The notes beneath the pieces are model-generated. The model was not told where the DNA came from. It did no database searches and worked only from the letters and a program-made list of their open reading frames with translations. From Sphingomonadales bacterium (lineage in GTDB: Bacteria; Pseudomonadota; Alphaproteobacteria; Sphingomonadales; Sphingomonadaceae), in the NCBI GenBank assembly GCA_038247515.1, contig JBBRUU010000001.1, positions 1 through 60,575 on the forward strand: a stretch of 60,575 bases of DNA, written 5' to 3'. Made by a program: the position numbers and the translations under genes. This document shows, one piece after another, positions 38,123 to 46,562 of this stretch. Position 1 is the stretch's first letter. Each line of letters begins with the position of its first letter.

Positions 38123-39916
38123 TCACGGCGTGATACAGCGGCCCTGATCGCTCCACCACAGCAGGAATTCCGCCACGATCGCGGTGATCTGCACTTCGTT
38201 GCCATGGGTAACATCGGTCGGCCCGGTGATCGCCATTCCGGCCAGCGCCTGATCCAGCCAGTCAAGGTCCAGCCAGTCGCCGACGCCGGCCTTGCGGAAT
38301 GCTGCGACCCGCTCACGCGCGGCATGGGCCTGTTGCTGCAAGCGCCGCTCGTGATCAGGAAAAGCCGGCATGCCGCGGCGGCGCAGGCGGACACTGTCCG
38401 GCAGATGGCCCTCCATCATTCGGCGTGCCACGCCTCGATCAGCCCCTCCCTTCAAAAGCGTGCTGACCGGGACACCCGCGAACAGGCGCAGCAGCCGCAT
38501 GTCGCGGAACGGAAATTCGGTTCGCAAGCCCCCGGGGTGGAATTCAGTCGGCAGGCCAAGGCCGCGCTCGATCCCCGGGATATAGCCGAACACCTCGTCC
38601 GCGCCGGGCATCGGCCAGGTGGGCACCGGTGCTTTAAGAGCCGCCGTGATGACCGCAGGAAGCGACCCCATCCGATGGGGAGCGAGCCGGACATGGAACG
38701 GGTTGAGCGTGGCATCTTCGCCGCCAGCCGCGCGAAACCCACGGAAGAACCGGCCAACGCTGGCGCGCAGGCGGCCCTTAATACCCTGCTGCGGCAATCT
38801 GACGGTCGCGGACATTTCCCCATAGGTGCCATCGATCATGACCGTCGCGCCCTGGGCCATTGCCCGCGTCACCAGCGCATCGGTCAGCGCATAGCGGTTG
38901 CCGAACGGCGGTCCGTTCTGACCAGTCAGGACCGCGAGCCTCGGACGATAGCTATTCGCGTCCTCGGCAGGCCAGACGCGGTGACATGTCATGCCGACCG
39001 TGCGGGCGACGATGTCGGCATATTCGGTTTCGTCAGACAAGCCGCTGCCCGGAGGCGAGGCGGATGTGACCGCAATGGGGTCCTTGCCCGAAGGTCGCTC
39101 CTCGGCCGCGAGCCAGGCGAGCAGCGACGAATCGATACCGCCGCTCAGCATGTGCGCGCAGCGTTCTGTGCGGGCGAGGCGGGCCGAGATGATGTGACGC
39201 AGCAGATGTTCGGCTTCTTCGACGAATTCATCGAACGTCATTGCCACGCGCGGTTGCGGCACGAGAATGTCAGATTGCCGCACTGACACGCCTCCGCGCG
39301 GGTCGATGACGACACTCGCCCCGCTGCCGATTTGGCGCACGCCGCGCAGCATGGTCGTATCGCCGCGCGCGGCGCGCAGGGCAGCGCGGGCAACGGGGAA
39401 CAACAGGCCCGCTTCGTCGATGCCGCTATCGACCCAGTCGATCCGCGCCAGCACGAACAGATCGGGAGCGACCGCCAGCCGCCGTCCCGACAGCGCGTAG
39501 AAAATCGGATCGCGCACCCCGGCGCTTACCATCAAGGTCAGCGTCCCATCATCCGCGCGGTGCAGCAGCGACCATTCGCCGATCATCTCGGCAGGCGCAT
39601 CGCTGCCGAAACGCTCCAACGCGGCGCGCGCCAGCCGTGCGGGCGACGATGCCACATCCAGCCCAAGGCGCCGGGCGAAATCAGCAGCGTCTTCGATGAA
39701 TCCCACAAGCAGCGTGCTCGCCCCGCCTTCGTCGTGACGCGAGACGGCATCGGACGCAAAGGGATCATGCCCACCAATTGTCCATGCGGCCCCCTCGCCT
39801 GCGCGCGGGGACAAACCGAGCGCTTGGGACCCGCGCGGATCGAGCGGACGATCATCAAGCTGAAAGATCGCGTAGATGCCGCTCGCACGGGCCATCGGGG
39901 CGGAGGCTTCGAACAT
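38123..39916 (-). CDS. Lasso cyclase (asparagine-synthase-like C protein)
   Basis: MLSGGIDSS PP-loop, DGTYGE, EFPFRDMRL, LPDSVRLR; N-terminus SGIYAIF lacks the glutaminase Cys; start 39916 or 39895. Confidence 0.85.
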   Translation of the reverse strand: MFEASAPMARASGIYAIFQLDDRPLDPRGSQALGLSPRAGEGAAWTIGGHDPFASDAVSRHDEGGASTLLVGFIEDAADFARRLGLDVASSPARLARAALERFGSDAPAEMIGEWSLLHRADDGTLTLMVSAGVRDPIFYALSGRRLAVAPDLFVLARIDWVDSGIDEAGLLFPVARAALRAARGDTTMLRGVRQIGSGASVVIDPRGGVSVRQSDILVPQPRVAMTFDEFVEEAEHLLRHIISARLARTERCAHMLSGGIDSSLLAWLAAEERPSGKDPIAVTSASPPGSGLSDETEYADIVARTVGMTCHRVWPAEDANSYRPRLAVLTGQNGPPFGNRYALTDALVTRAMAQGATVMIDGTYGEMSATVRLPQQGIKGRLRASVGRFFRGFRAAGGEDATLNPFHVRLAPHRMGSLPAVITAALKAPVPTWPMPGADEVFGYIPGIERGLGLPTEFHPGGLRTEFPFRDMRLLRLFAGVPVSTLLKGGADRGVARRMMEGHLPDSVRLRRRGMPAFPDHERRLQQQAHAARERVAAFRKAGVGDWLDLDWLDQALAGMAITGPTDVTHGNEVQITAIVAEFLLWWSDQGRCITP

Positions 39917-39996
39917 GATTCAGGGAACTAACAGCCGTAAATCACGCGCCAAAGCCTTTTGTGTTGCCGCCGCCCAAGCCGTGGCTAGAAACCCGC

Positions 39997-40914
39997 ATGG
40001 CCGCAATTTTCGATCCGCTCGCTCACGCTGCGATCCGCACAGCGCTGGCCCGTGAGAGCTACCGGGAGGACGCCCTGCGGCTGGTCGAGCCGAATCTTGG
40101 CGGCGCGCGCTGGCTCGTCAGCACGCAAAACGGACTGTTTGCCCTCAGCGAAACGCGCGCGCATCTGGTAGCCCACGGCTGGTTCTTCGGCCTTATGCGG
40201 CGCGGCAACCGGGTTATCCTGTTCGAGAACTGCGCCCGCCGCGATCGCCACCGACCGATGGGTCGGCTCGTCGCAGTCGATGTGGTGGACGGCGCGCTGC
40301 GCAATCCGGTGGTCCTGGCCAAGGGCCTCGACGCCGGATGTCACCAGATCGCCTTCATCGAGGAAATGCTGTGCGTGCTCGACACCGCCAACCAATGCGT
40401 GCTGCGCTTCACTGAATGCGGCAAGCCCCTCGATGTGCAGCGCCCCTTTCCGGCTGCCCAGGCGGAGGACGGCGAGGCCGATTACCTCCACATCAACGCC
40501 ATCGCGGCGCTGGCGGATGGGGTCGCGGTGCTGGCACATAACGGCAAGCGCAGGCCAGCGATGGCGAGCGAGCTGATCATCCTCGACCGCAAATGGCAAG
40601 AAACCGCGCGCACGCTCCTGCCCGATCCCGGTTGCCATGACATCGTTCCGGTCGAGGACGGGTCGCTGTGGCACTGCGCATCGATGAGCGGCGCAATCAT
40701 TTGCTCCGACGCGCGGCGGGTTCCGGTTGCGCCCGAGCGGATGACACGCGGCCTGCTCTTCGACAGGGATCTCATCCTTGTCGGGGCATCGGTGTTCGGC
40801 GATCGTTCGGTCCGCGATGTCCTGCCGGGCAGCGTGATCATGCTGGGCCGCGACTTTCGCCGCATTGGCGAGGTACCGGTGGGCGGGCCGCCTGCCACAA
40901 TCATTGCGCTATGA
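39997..40914 (+). CDS. Hypothetical beta-propeller-like protein (resembles DUF4915/TIGR03032)
   Basis: GCHQI, LDTAN, YLHINAI, GCHDI, MTRGL, LVGAS repeat blades. Confidence 0.55.
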   Translation: MAAIFDPLAHAAIRTALARESYREDALRLVEPNLGGARWLVSTQNGLFALSETRAHLVAHGWFFGLMRRGNRVILFENCARRDRHRPMGRLVAVDVVDGALRNPVVLAKGLDAGCHQIAFIEEMLCVLDTANQCVLRFTECGKPLDVQRPFPAAQAEDGEADYLHINAIAALADGVAVLAHNGKRRPAMASELIILDRKWQETARTLLPDPGCHDIVPVEDGSLWHCASMSGAIICSDARRVPVAPERMTRGLLFDRDLILVGASVFGDRSVRDVLPGSVIMLGRDFRRIGEVPVGGPPATIIAL

Positions 40915-40961
40915 CGCCACCTGCGGCTATTGCCAGCTGATTGGTTCGTAAGGGGAAACAG

Positions 40962-42155
40962 GTGGCGAGCGCGACGGGGATCGAGACCGAAGCCAGAAAG
41001 GTGATGACCGTCGCGCAGGAGCTATCGCTGGCGCAGGCCGTCAACGCCAAGGCGGGATCGCCCGTCACCCGGATGCGGCTAGCGTCGCTGCTACTGCTGG
41101 ACGACCGGCAGAACGATGTGATCGCGCTGCTCGGAGAAGCTCCGGCGCTCGGCTTTCAAGAAGAGCTGATGCTCGCCGAGGCCTATCTTTCGCGCGAAAC
41201 GCTCGATGACAGCGCGCGCGCGTGTAGCGCCGCCGACCGGGCGATGGCGCTCGCCGATAGCGACGCCGGACGCGCCCATGCCCTTGCCACGCGCGGCAAG
41301 TGCGAGACCCGGCTCGGCGCGCGTGATCAGGCGCTTGAGACGCTGCGGGAGGCGCTCGCGCTCGACCCGCACAACAAGGACGCCTGCAAGCGTATTGCCG
41401 CAATCGAAGTGGCAGCAGGCCGCAGCAACAGCGTTCTGGCGCTCATCGACGATCTCCTCGCCCAGGGGGTGGGCCATGCCCGCGTGTTTGGCGCGCAGGT
41501 GCTCGCCCATGCGCGCAGCGGTGATCTTGGCGCCGCCCGCCGCGCGGAGGGTTTCGACCTGCTGCATCGCAGGCAGACGCTCGCGCCGCCGCCCGGCTGG
41601 GACACGATCGCGACATTCAACGCCGCGCTGGCCGACGAATTGCTCGCCCATCCCGATACCCGCTACGAACGATACGGAAGCGCTTCGGCCTTCACCTGGC
41701 GCATCGAGAACCCCTCGCGCTCCGATACGCCGCTGTTCAATGCGCTGGTGGAGCAGATCAGGGACGCGCTAGATGTGCATATCGCGGCCGCGGCGCAGTC
41801 CGGTCATCTATGGGCGGCGTCCCGGCCCGATCTGGCCCGGCTGCGCATTTGGTGCGTGATCACCGCAGGTAACGGACATGAAACCTGGCACGTCCACCAG
41901 TTCGGCTGGCTCAGCGGGGTCTATTACGTCAGCGTGCCCGACGGGATCGCGCGGGGCAAAGACCGCAAGGGCTGCCTCAGCTTCGGCCTGCCCGAGGATG
42001 TTCTGGGGGAAGATATCGCCGCAGCCTATGGTGAGCGGATCGTGCGCCCCGAGGCCGGGATGCTGCTGACCTTCCCTTCGCATGTCTATCACCGCACCTA
42101 CCCGCATGAAGGCGAAGGCAAGCGGATTTGCGTCGCGTTCGATTTGCAGGGATGA
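40962..42155 (+). CDS. TPR-fused putative 2OG-Fe(II) oxygenase 1 (TIGR02466-like)
   Basis: GTG behind AAGGGG; ALALDP TPR; WHVHQFGWLSGVYYV, LTFPSHVYHRTYP, RICVAFD. Confidence 0.8.
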   Translation: MASATGIETEARKVMTVAQELSLAQAVNAKAGSPVTRMRLASLLLLDDRQNDVIALLGEAPALGFQEELMLAEAYLSRETLDDSARACSAADRAMALADSDAGRAHALATRGKCETRLGARDQALETLREALALDPHNKDACKRIAAIEVAAGRSNSVLALIDDLLAQGVGHARVFGAQVLAHARSGDLGAARRAEGFDLLHRRQTLAPPPGWDTIATFNAALADELLAHPDTRYERYGSASAFTWRIENPSRSDTPLFNALVEQIRDALDVHIAAAAQSGHLWAASRPDLARLRIWCVITAGNGHETWHVHQFGWLSGVYYVSVPDGIARGKDRKGCLSFGLPEDVLGEDIAAAYGERIVRPEAGMLLTFPSHVYHRTYPHEGEGKRICVAFDLQG

Positions 42156-42277
42156 TCCGCCCCTGCAACCGCAACAGGGCATACTGCTGACGCGCGATTA
42201 GCCGCAGCAGCATTGAAGCGTAGTTGCGAGGTCAGCTATGCCCGGATCGGTGGCAGGCCAGCGGCTGGCCCCACATC

Positions 42278-42320
42278 GCGCAAAGATGGGGCGCAAAGAC
42301 GGGGCGCAAAGACGGGGCGC
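42278..42320. repeat. 13-bp tandem repeat GCGCAAAGAYGGG x3.3
   Basis: Copies at 42278, 42291, 42304; intergenic. Confidence 0.85.
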
Positions 42321-42377
42321 TCTCTGCCGATCAGGGCGGCGCGAATCGATACTCACAACGCAGCGGCACCAGACGCG

Positions 42378-42408
42378 AAAAAGGGCTCCCGATTTACCGG
42401 GAACCCTT
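42378..42408 (-). terminator. Intrinsic terminator of the small membrane peptide gene
   Basis: AAGGGTTCCCGG-TAAA-TCGGGAGCCCTT then TTT on minus strand. Confidence 0.8.
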
Positions 42409-42438
42409 GTTTCGAAAGTCGGCCGAGGCCGCTTGGGA

Positions 42439-42660
42439 TCAGGTGCTGATCGGGCGATCCGAGCTGCCGCCAGCGGCGGCCACTGCGACAACCACTGCGG
42501 CCACGGCGATGAGGCCGACGACGATCGTGGCAGTCGAGGACATTTCACTTTCTTCGCCGTTGAGCGGCGCGACGGCAGGAGCAAAAACCGCCTGCGCGAA
42601 AACCGGCGTTGTCGCGAGAGCGACAGCAGCGAGGCCGAGTGAAAGTTTTTTGAGCTTCAT
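42439..42660 (-). CDS. Small exported/membrane peptide, 73 aa
   Basis: RBS GGAG; Sec signal MKLKKLSLGLAAVALATTPVFA, acidic linker, one TM, tail GGSSDRPIST; own terminator. Confidence 0.85.
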   Translation of the reverse strand: MKLKKLSLGLAAVALATTPVFAQAVFAPAVAPLNGEESEMSSTATIVVGLIAVAAVVVAVAAAGGSSDRPIST

Positions 42661-42690
42661 AAGTCTTCTCCGAGAGACGATTTCAATAGC

Positions 42691-42719
42691 TAGTTACCGC
42701 TTCCTATCTATCAGTGCAA
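42691..42719 (-). promoter_or_regulatory. Candidate sigma70 promoter for the small peptide gene
   Basis: TTGCAC-N17-TAACTA in AT-rich divergent region. Confidence 0.4.
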
Positions 42720-42827
42720 CAACAAAAATTTGGCGAATCAGGTATACGCATTGATACTGGTTTCTTGGCGCGGAAGGTGGCCTGTGATAGGTCTGCGTGG
42801 CATTGGGTCTGGCAAGGAGTTAAAGAC

Positions 42828-43097
42828 ATGAGCGATCGAAGCTGGGCGCGAAGCGACGATTGGGTCGGCTCGGAAATCGAGGATTCCTTCGTCATGGTGA
42901 ATATCGACAGCGGCAAATATGTCGCCTTGAACCCGACCGCGACAGCAGTTTGGGAAGCCTTGGCAAGCCCGTCCGACCAGACCGCCATTGAACGCGCCCT
43001 ATGCAACACTTTCGAGGTTTCGCCTGAAGATTGTCGTCGCTCGGTCAGCGCGCTTCTGGGGCAGATGCACGATCTTCAGCTGGTCAGCCAGGTCTGA
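42828..43097 (+). CDS. PqqD-family RiPP recognition element (lasso B1)
   Basis: RBS AAGGAG; GKYVALNPTATAVWEAL, FEVSPEDCRRSV. Confidence 0.9.
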   Translation: MSDRSWARSDDWVGSEIEDSFVMVNIDSGKYVALNPTATAVWEALASPSDQTAIERALCNTFEVSPEDCRRSVSALLGQMHDLQLVSQV

Positions 43098-43117
43098 AAC
43101 GACCGCAATCAAAAGCC

Positions 43118-44317
43118 ATGGGCACCCCGTTTGACCTGGTTGCCGAACAGCCCAAGCAGCTGACGGGCCGCGAGGAGCGCGAATTGCTCCAGCAGGCCGC
43201 GGCGCGGCGCTCGGCGCCGGCCATCCGGATCAAGCTGGCGCAGCTGCACAACCTGCTCGACGAGTTCGGAGACACCATCGCGTTGCTCGGCGCAGCAGGC
43301 CAGCCCGAGAACTACGCCGCGGCCAGGGCGCTCGCCGCCGCGCACCTCGGCCGGGGGCAGGCAGAGGATCCGGCAGCGGCGCTCTCGGCGGCACGCCACG
43401 CCGAGGCGTTCGCGGCCAGCGACATCGCCCGCGCCGGGGCGCTGGTCGATCAAGCGCGGGCGTGGCTTGCCAGGGGCTGCCAGCCGGAGGCGGATCAGGC
43501 CCTGACCGCCGCGCTTGATTGCGACCCTGCCAACTTCGAAGCCTTTCGCGCACTTTGCGCACAGTGGCTGGGCCGGGGCGAGCCCGATCGGGTGCTAACG
43601 GTGTGTGACGCCATCGCCGCAAAAGGCGCGGCCCACGCGCATCTGCTGGGCACGCGAACGCTCGCGCTGGCGAAGCGCGGGGAGCTTGATGCAGCCCGCG
43701 CGCTTGCGGGGTTCGATCGCTTTCTGATCGAGACAGTGCCCCCCGCGCCCGAAGGCTGGCACGATCTGCCCGCCTTCCACGCCGCACTCTCGCGGGAATT
43801 GCGCGACAGCCCGGGTTTACGCAACGGGCGGTACGGGACAGCATCGATCGCGAGCCTCAGGGTCGACGAGCCGGCCCGGGCAACGACACCGGCGATGCGT
43901 GCCTTGCAACAGCTAATCATCACGCACGTCCGCAATTCCATCGAACTGCTTCCGCTAGAAGGCCACCCCTGGCTATCCCAGCGCCCCGCGGCCGCGATGC
44001 TGCGCATGTGGTGCGTGATGACAGGCAGCGAGGGGTTCAAGCGCTGGCATATGCACCCGGAAGGCTGGGCCAGCGGCGGTTACTATGTCGCGGTCCCCGA
44101 CAGCGTCGAGCGCGGAAACACCGCGGCAGGCTGTCTCGAATTCGGCGTGCCCGGCAGCTTTGTGGGTAATGCTGCTGCCGAGGCGTTCGGGACGCGGTTG
44201 GTGCGTCCGCAGGCTGGGCTGCTCACTTTGTTTCCCTCGCACGCCTATCACCGCACCCATCCGCATGGCGCGGAAGGCTTGCGGATCTGTGTCGCGTTCG
44301 ACCTGATCCCGCTTTGA
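43118..44317 (+). CDS. TPR-fused putative 2OG-Fe(II) oxygenase 2 (paralog of 40962-42155)
   Basis: WHMHPEGWASGGYYV, GCLEFG, LFPSHAYHRTHPH, RICVAFD. Confidence 0.8.
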   Translation: MGTPFDLVAEQPKQLTGREERELLQQAAARRSAPAIRIKLAQLHNLLDEFGDTIALLGAAGQPENYAAARALAAAHLGRGQAEDPAAALSAARHAEAFAASDIARAGALVDQARAWLARGCQPEADQALTAALDCDPANFEAFRALCAQWLGRGEPDRVLTVCDAIAAKGAAHAHLLGTRTLALAKRGELDAARALAGFDRFLIETVPPAPEGWHDLPAFHAALSRELRDSPGLRNGRYGTASIASLRVDEPARATTPAMRALQQLIITHVRNSIELLPLEGHPWLSQRPAAAMLRMWCVMTGSEGFKRWHMHPEGWASGGYYVAVPDSVERGNTAAGCLEFGVPGSFVGNAAAEAFGTRLVRPQAGLLTLFPSHAYHRTHPHGAEGLRICVAFDLIPL

Positions 44318-45240
44318 CCGCCGACCTTGCCTTCCACGCCCGCTTTGCCGGGCTGGACTGGAGCGGCGAAGTGCCGCTGCGTCAGTTCGATCCGGCGGAT
44401 GGCCCGGGCCCCGGCGCGATTGCGGTGCGCCGCCGCGCAGCCTCGGGCATCCTTGCGCCGCACCGGGCCGTCGGGCGCGCCAGCATCGCCGCCCACGGCG
44501 TGCGCTTCGACTGCGACGACGAAGTCAGCTTCGACATTGAGAGCGGCTCATCGATCGGATGGGTCTGTGGCCCTGCATGGCACGACGCCTTGCCGGTGTC
44601 CTTCTACAGTTCGGTCGCCGCGATCACGCTGGCGATGCGCGGGATGCTGCCGCTCCATGCATCTGCGGTGGTGCTCCATAACAAGGCTTGGCTGATTGCC
44701 GGTCCTTCGGGCGCAGGCAAGTCGACGCTTACAGCCGAATTGATCAAGGCGGGCGCGCTCTTGCTGGCTGACGACCTGACGCCGCTGACCCTGGCCCCCG
44801 GGCCGGTCGCGTGGCGTGGCCGCCCCGCGATGCGGCTCCATCCGGCCAGCTGCGAAGGCCTCGCCATCGACGGCGCGCCCGAGCCGACCGACGACGGGCG
44901 CGGCAAGCTGCTGGTCCGCCCCAGCCTCAGGGCTGCCGACACAGGTTGGCCGGTGGGCGGGATCATGTTGCTCGGCGATGCCATCGGCGCCGGCCCCGGC
45001 CCCGGACCCAGCCCCGAGTATAGAGTACTCGCCTACGGATCCATCTTGTTCCGCCCGCGGATCCTGACCGCATTGCCGGGCCGCGCGCAGACCCGCGAGA
45101 ACCTGCTCGCACTAGCGCGCACGGTGCCGATGGCGCTGCTGCCGCAAGTGCAAGGGTTCGATGCGGATGCGCAAGGCCGACGGACCGCGCGGGCTCTCGC
45201 CGTGATCGAGCGGCTTGCGACGAGCGGCCAGCTGCGGTGA
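44314..45240 (+). CDS. HPr-kinase-like lasso peptide kinase 2
   Basis: TTG overlapping upstream stop; PLHASAV, GPSGAGKST, LADD. Confidence 0.8.
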   Translation: MTADLAFHARFAGLDWSGEVPLRQFDPADGPGPGAIAVRRRAASGILAPHRAVGRASIAAHGVRFDCDDEVSFDIESGSSIGWVCGPAWHDALPVSFYSSVAAITLAMRGMLPLHASAVVLHNKAWLIAGPSGAGKSTLTAELIKAGALLLADDLTPLTLAPGPVAWRGRPAMRLHPASCEGLAIDGAPEPTDDGRGKLLVRPSLRAADTGWPVGGIMLLGDAIGAGPGPGPSPEYRVLAYGSILFRPRILTALPGRAQTRENLLALARTVPMALLPQVQGFDADAQGRRTARALAVIERLATSGQLR

Positions 45241-45245
45241 GGCAC

Positions 45246-45284
45246 GCCGGGCATTGCGCGCTGGGCATTGCCGCCGGGCATTGC
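45246..45284. repeat. Triple direct repeat GCYGGGCATTGC
   Basis: Copies at 45246, 45260, 45273; flanked by inverted GGCACGC/GCGTGCC. Confidence 0.75.
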
Positions 45285-45315
45285 GTGCCGGAAGGCCACG
45301 TGACACAGCAGCTCC

Positions 45316-46455
45316 ATGGGTAATGGTGATCAGGTGAGCCCGATTTTCGCCCTTATGGGGAACGACATAGCGCGCGCGGCCGAAGTTGCGGCCGGGCTAG
45401 ATACCGCTGCATGGCATGCGCTCGACCGGCAGGCGGGCCAGCATCGCCTTCGCCCCCTCCTCCACAGCCGCGCTGCGCAGGGCGCGTGGGCGGTCCCGCC
45501 CGATCTTGCGCGCCAATGGCAGGCCAGCCACCTGCGGTCGGCGCGGCGCGCGCTCGACCAGAAGGCCGCTCTCGCCAAGATCGGCAAGAGCTTCGCGCGC
45601 GGCGGAGTGGCGGCGGCGGTGCTCAAGGGCGGGGCCTTCGTCTGGTCCGGCGCGATCGATGCGGCGGTGCGGCCGATGCGCGATCTCGATCTGCTGGTGA
45701 AGCCTGCCGACGCGGATGCCGCGGCCGCGCTGCTTGCCGCGCTGGGCTATGTCATCGATCCGCGATCGCGGCCTTCGGACAAACACCTGCCAGCGATGAC
45801 CGACGGCAAAGCGGTGGTGGAGTTGCACCTCCACATTTTCGATAAGCACGACGACGCAGGGGCGCGGCGCGAACAGGCGTTCATCGAGCGGGCGTGGCAG
45901 CGCGCGATTCCGGCGCAGATGCCGGGAATGCAGATGTTCTGCCCCACCGACACCCTGCTGCACGTGATCCTCCACGCGGTGCTCGACCACCAGTTCAATA
46001 ACGGCCCGCTGCTGCTCGTCGATATGCCGGCGCTCGCGGCGGCGGGCACGATCGACTGGGTGCTGTTGTGGCAGGAGGCCGAGACCTTGGGCGTCACCCG
46101 CGCCTGCCAGCTGGCACTGATGATGGGGCAGTCCATGTGCGGAATGGCGGTCGACTGGCAGGGGCACCCTCCCCTGCACCTGGGCGAGCGGGAGTTGGAA
46201 CAGGTGATGCGCTTGATGCTGGTCGATACGACCTACCGCTCGGCGACCGGCTGGCCGGCGCAGCTGCTGCGCCTTGCCCCGCATCGCTGGCCAGCGCAGG
46301 TCGCCGCGATGGTCCGGCGGCGCAGCGATGGCGGGGCGATTACCCCCGCAGGTGAGCCAGGTCTGGGCGCAGCGCTGTCCTATGCGGTCGGCGCGGAGGG
46401 CCGGGCACGGATTGCCGACGCTGTGCGCCTGTCGCTCTGGCTGCGGCGCGGCTGA
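45316..46455 (+). CDS. Nucleotidyltransferase family protein (NTP_transf_5-like)
   Basis: VLKG, RPMRDLDLLV, LGY, VELH, LLHVILH. Confidence 0.85.
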   Translation: MGNGDQVSPIFALMGNDIARAAEVAAGLDTAAWHALDRQAGQHRLRPLLHSRAAQGAWAVPPDLARQWQASHLRSARRALDQKAALAKIGKSFARGGVAAAVLKGGAFVWSGAIDAAVRPMRDLDLLVKPADADAAAALLAALGYVIDPRSRPSDKHLPAMTDGKAVVELHLHIFDKHDDAGARREQAFIERAWQRAIPAQMPGMQMFCPTDTLLHVILHAVLDHQFNNGPLLLVDMPALAAAGTIDWVLLWQEAETLGVTRACQLALMMGQSMCGMAVDWQGHPPLHLGERELEQVMRLMLVDTTYRSATGWPAQLLRLAPHRWPAQVAAMVRRRSDGGAITPAGEPGLGAALSYAVGAEGRARIADAVRLSLWLRRG

Positions 46456-46470
46456 GCATGCAAAGAAAAG

Positions 46471-46503
46471 TTGGTAGCCGATGAGTGACCCGAAGCCCCG
46501 AAC
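46471..46503 (-). repeat. Degenerate copy of the tRNA-Met 3' end (att-like remnant)
   Basis: 25 of 33 positions identical, ungapped, to 47406-47438. Confidence 0.6.
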
Positions 46504-46562
46504 GCGGAGGATAATCTGCCCTTTGAACCAGCTATCGTTCGATCCCTGCCAAATTTTTCTTC

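Noticed and set aside
37667-38133. Track ORFs 37667-38014(-), 37689-37916(+) and 37741-38133(+)
   Set aside because: Shadow frames; the 44-aa precursor in another minus frame has the RBS, motifs and 3' hairpin
42439-42660. 73-aa peptide as a lasso precursor
   Set aside because: Sec signal plus TM helix; no WxxP/YxxP leader motif
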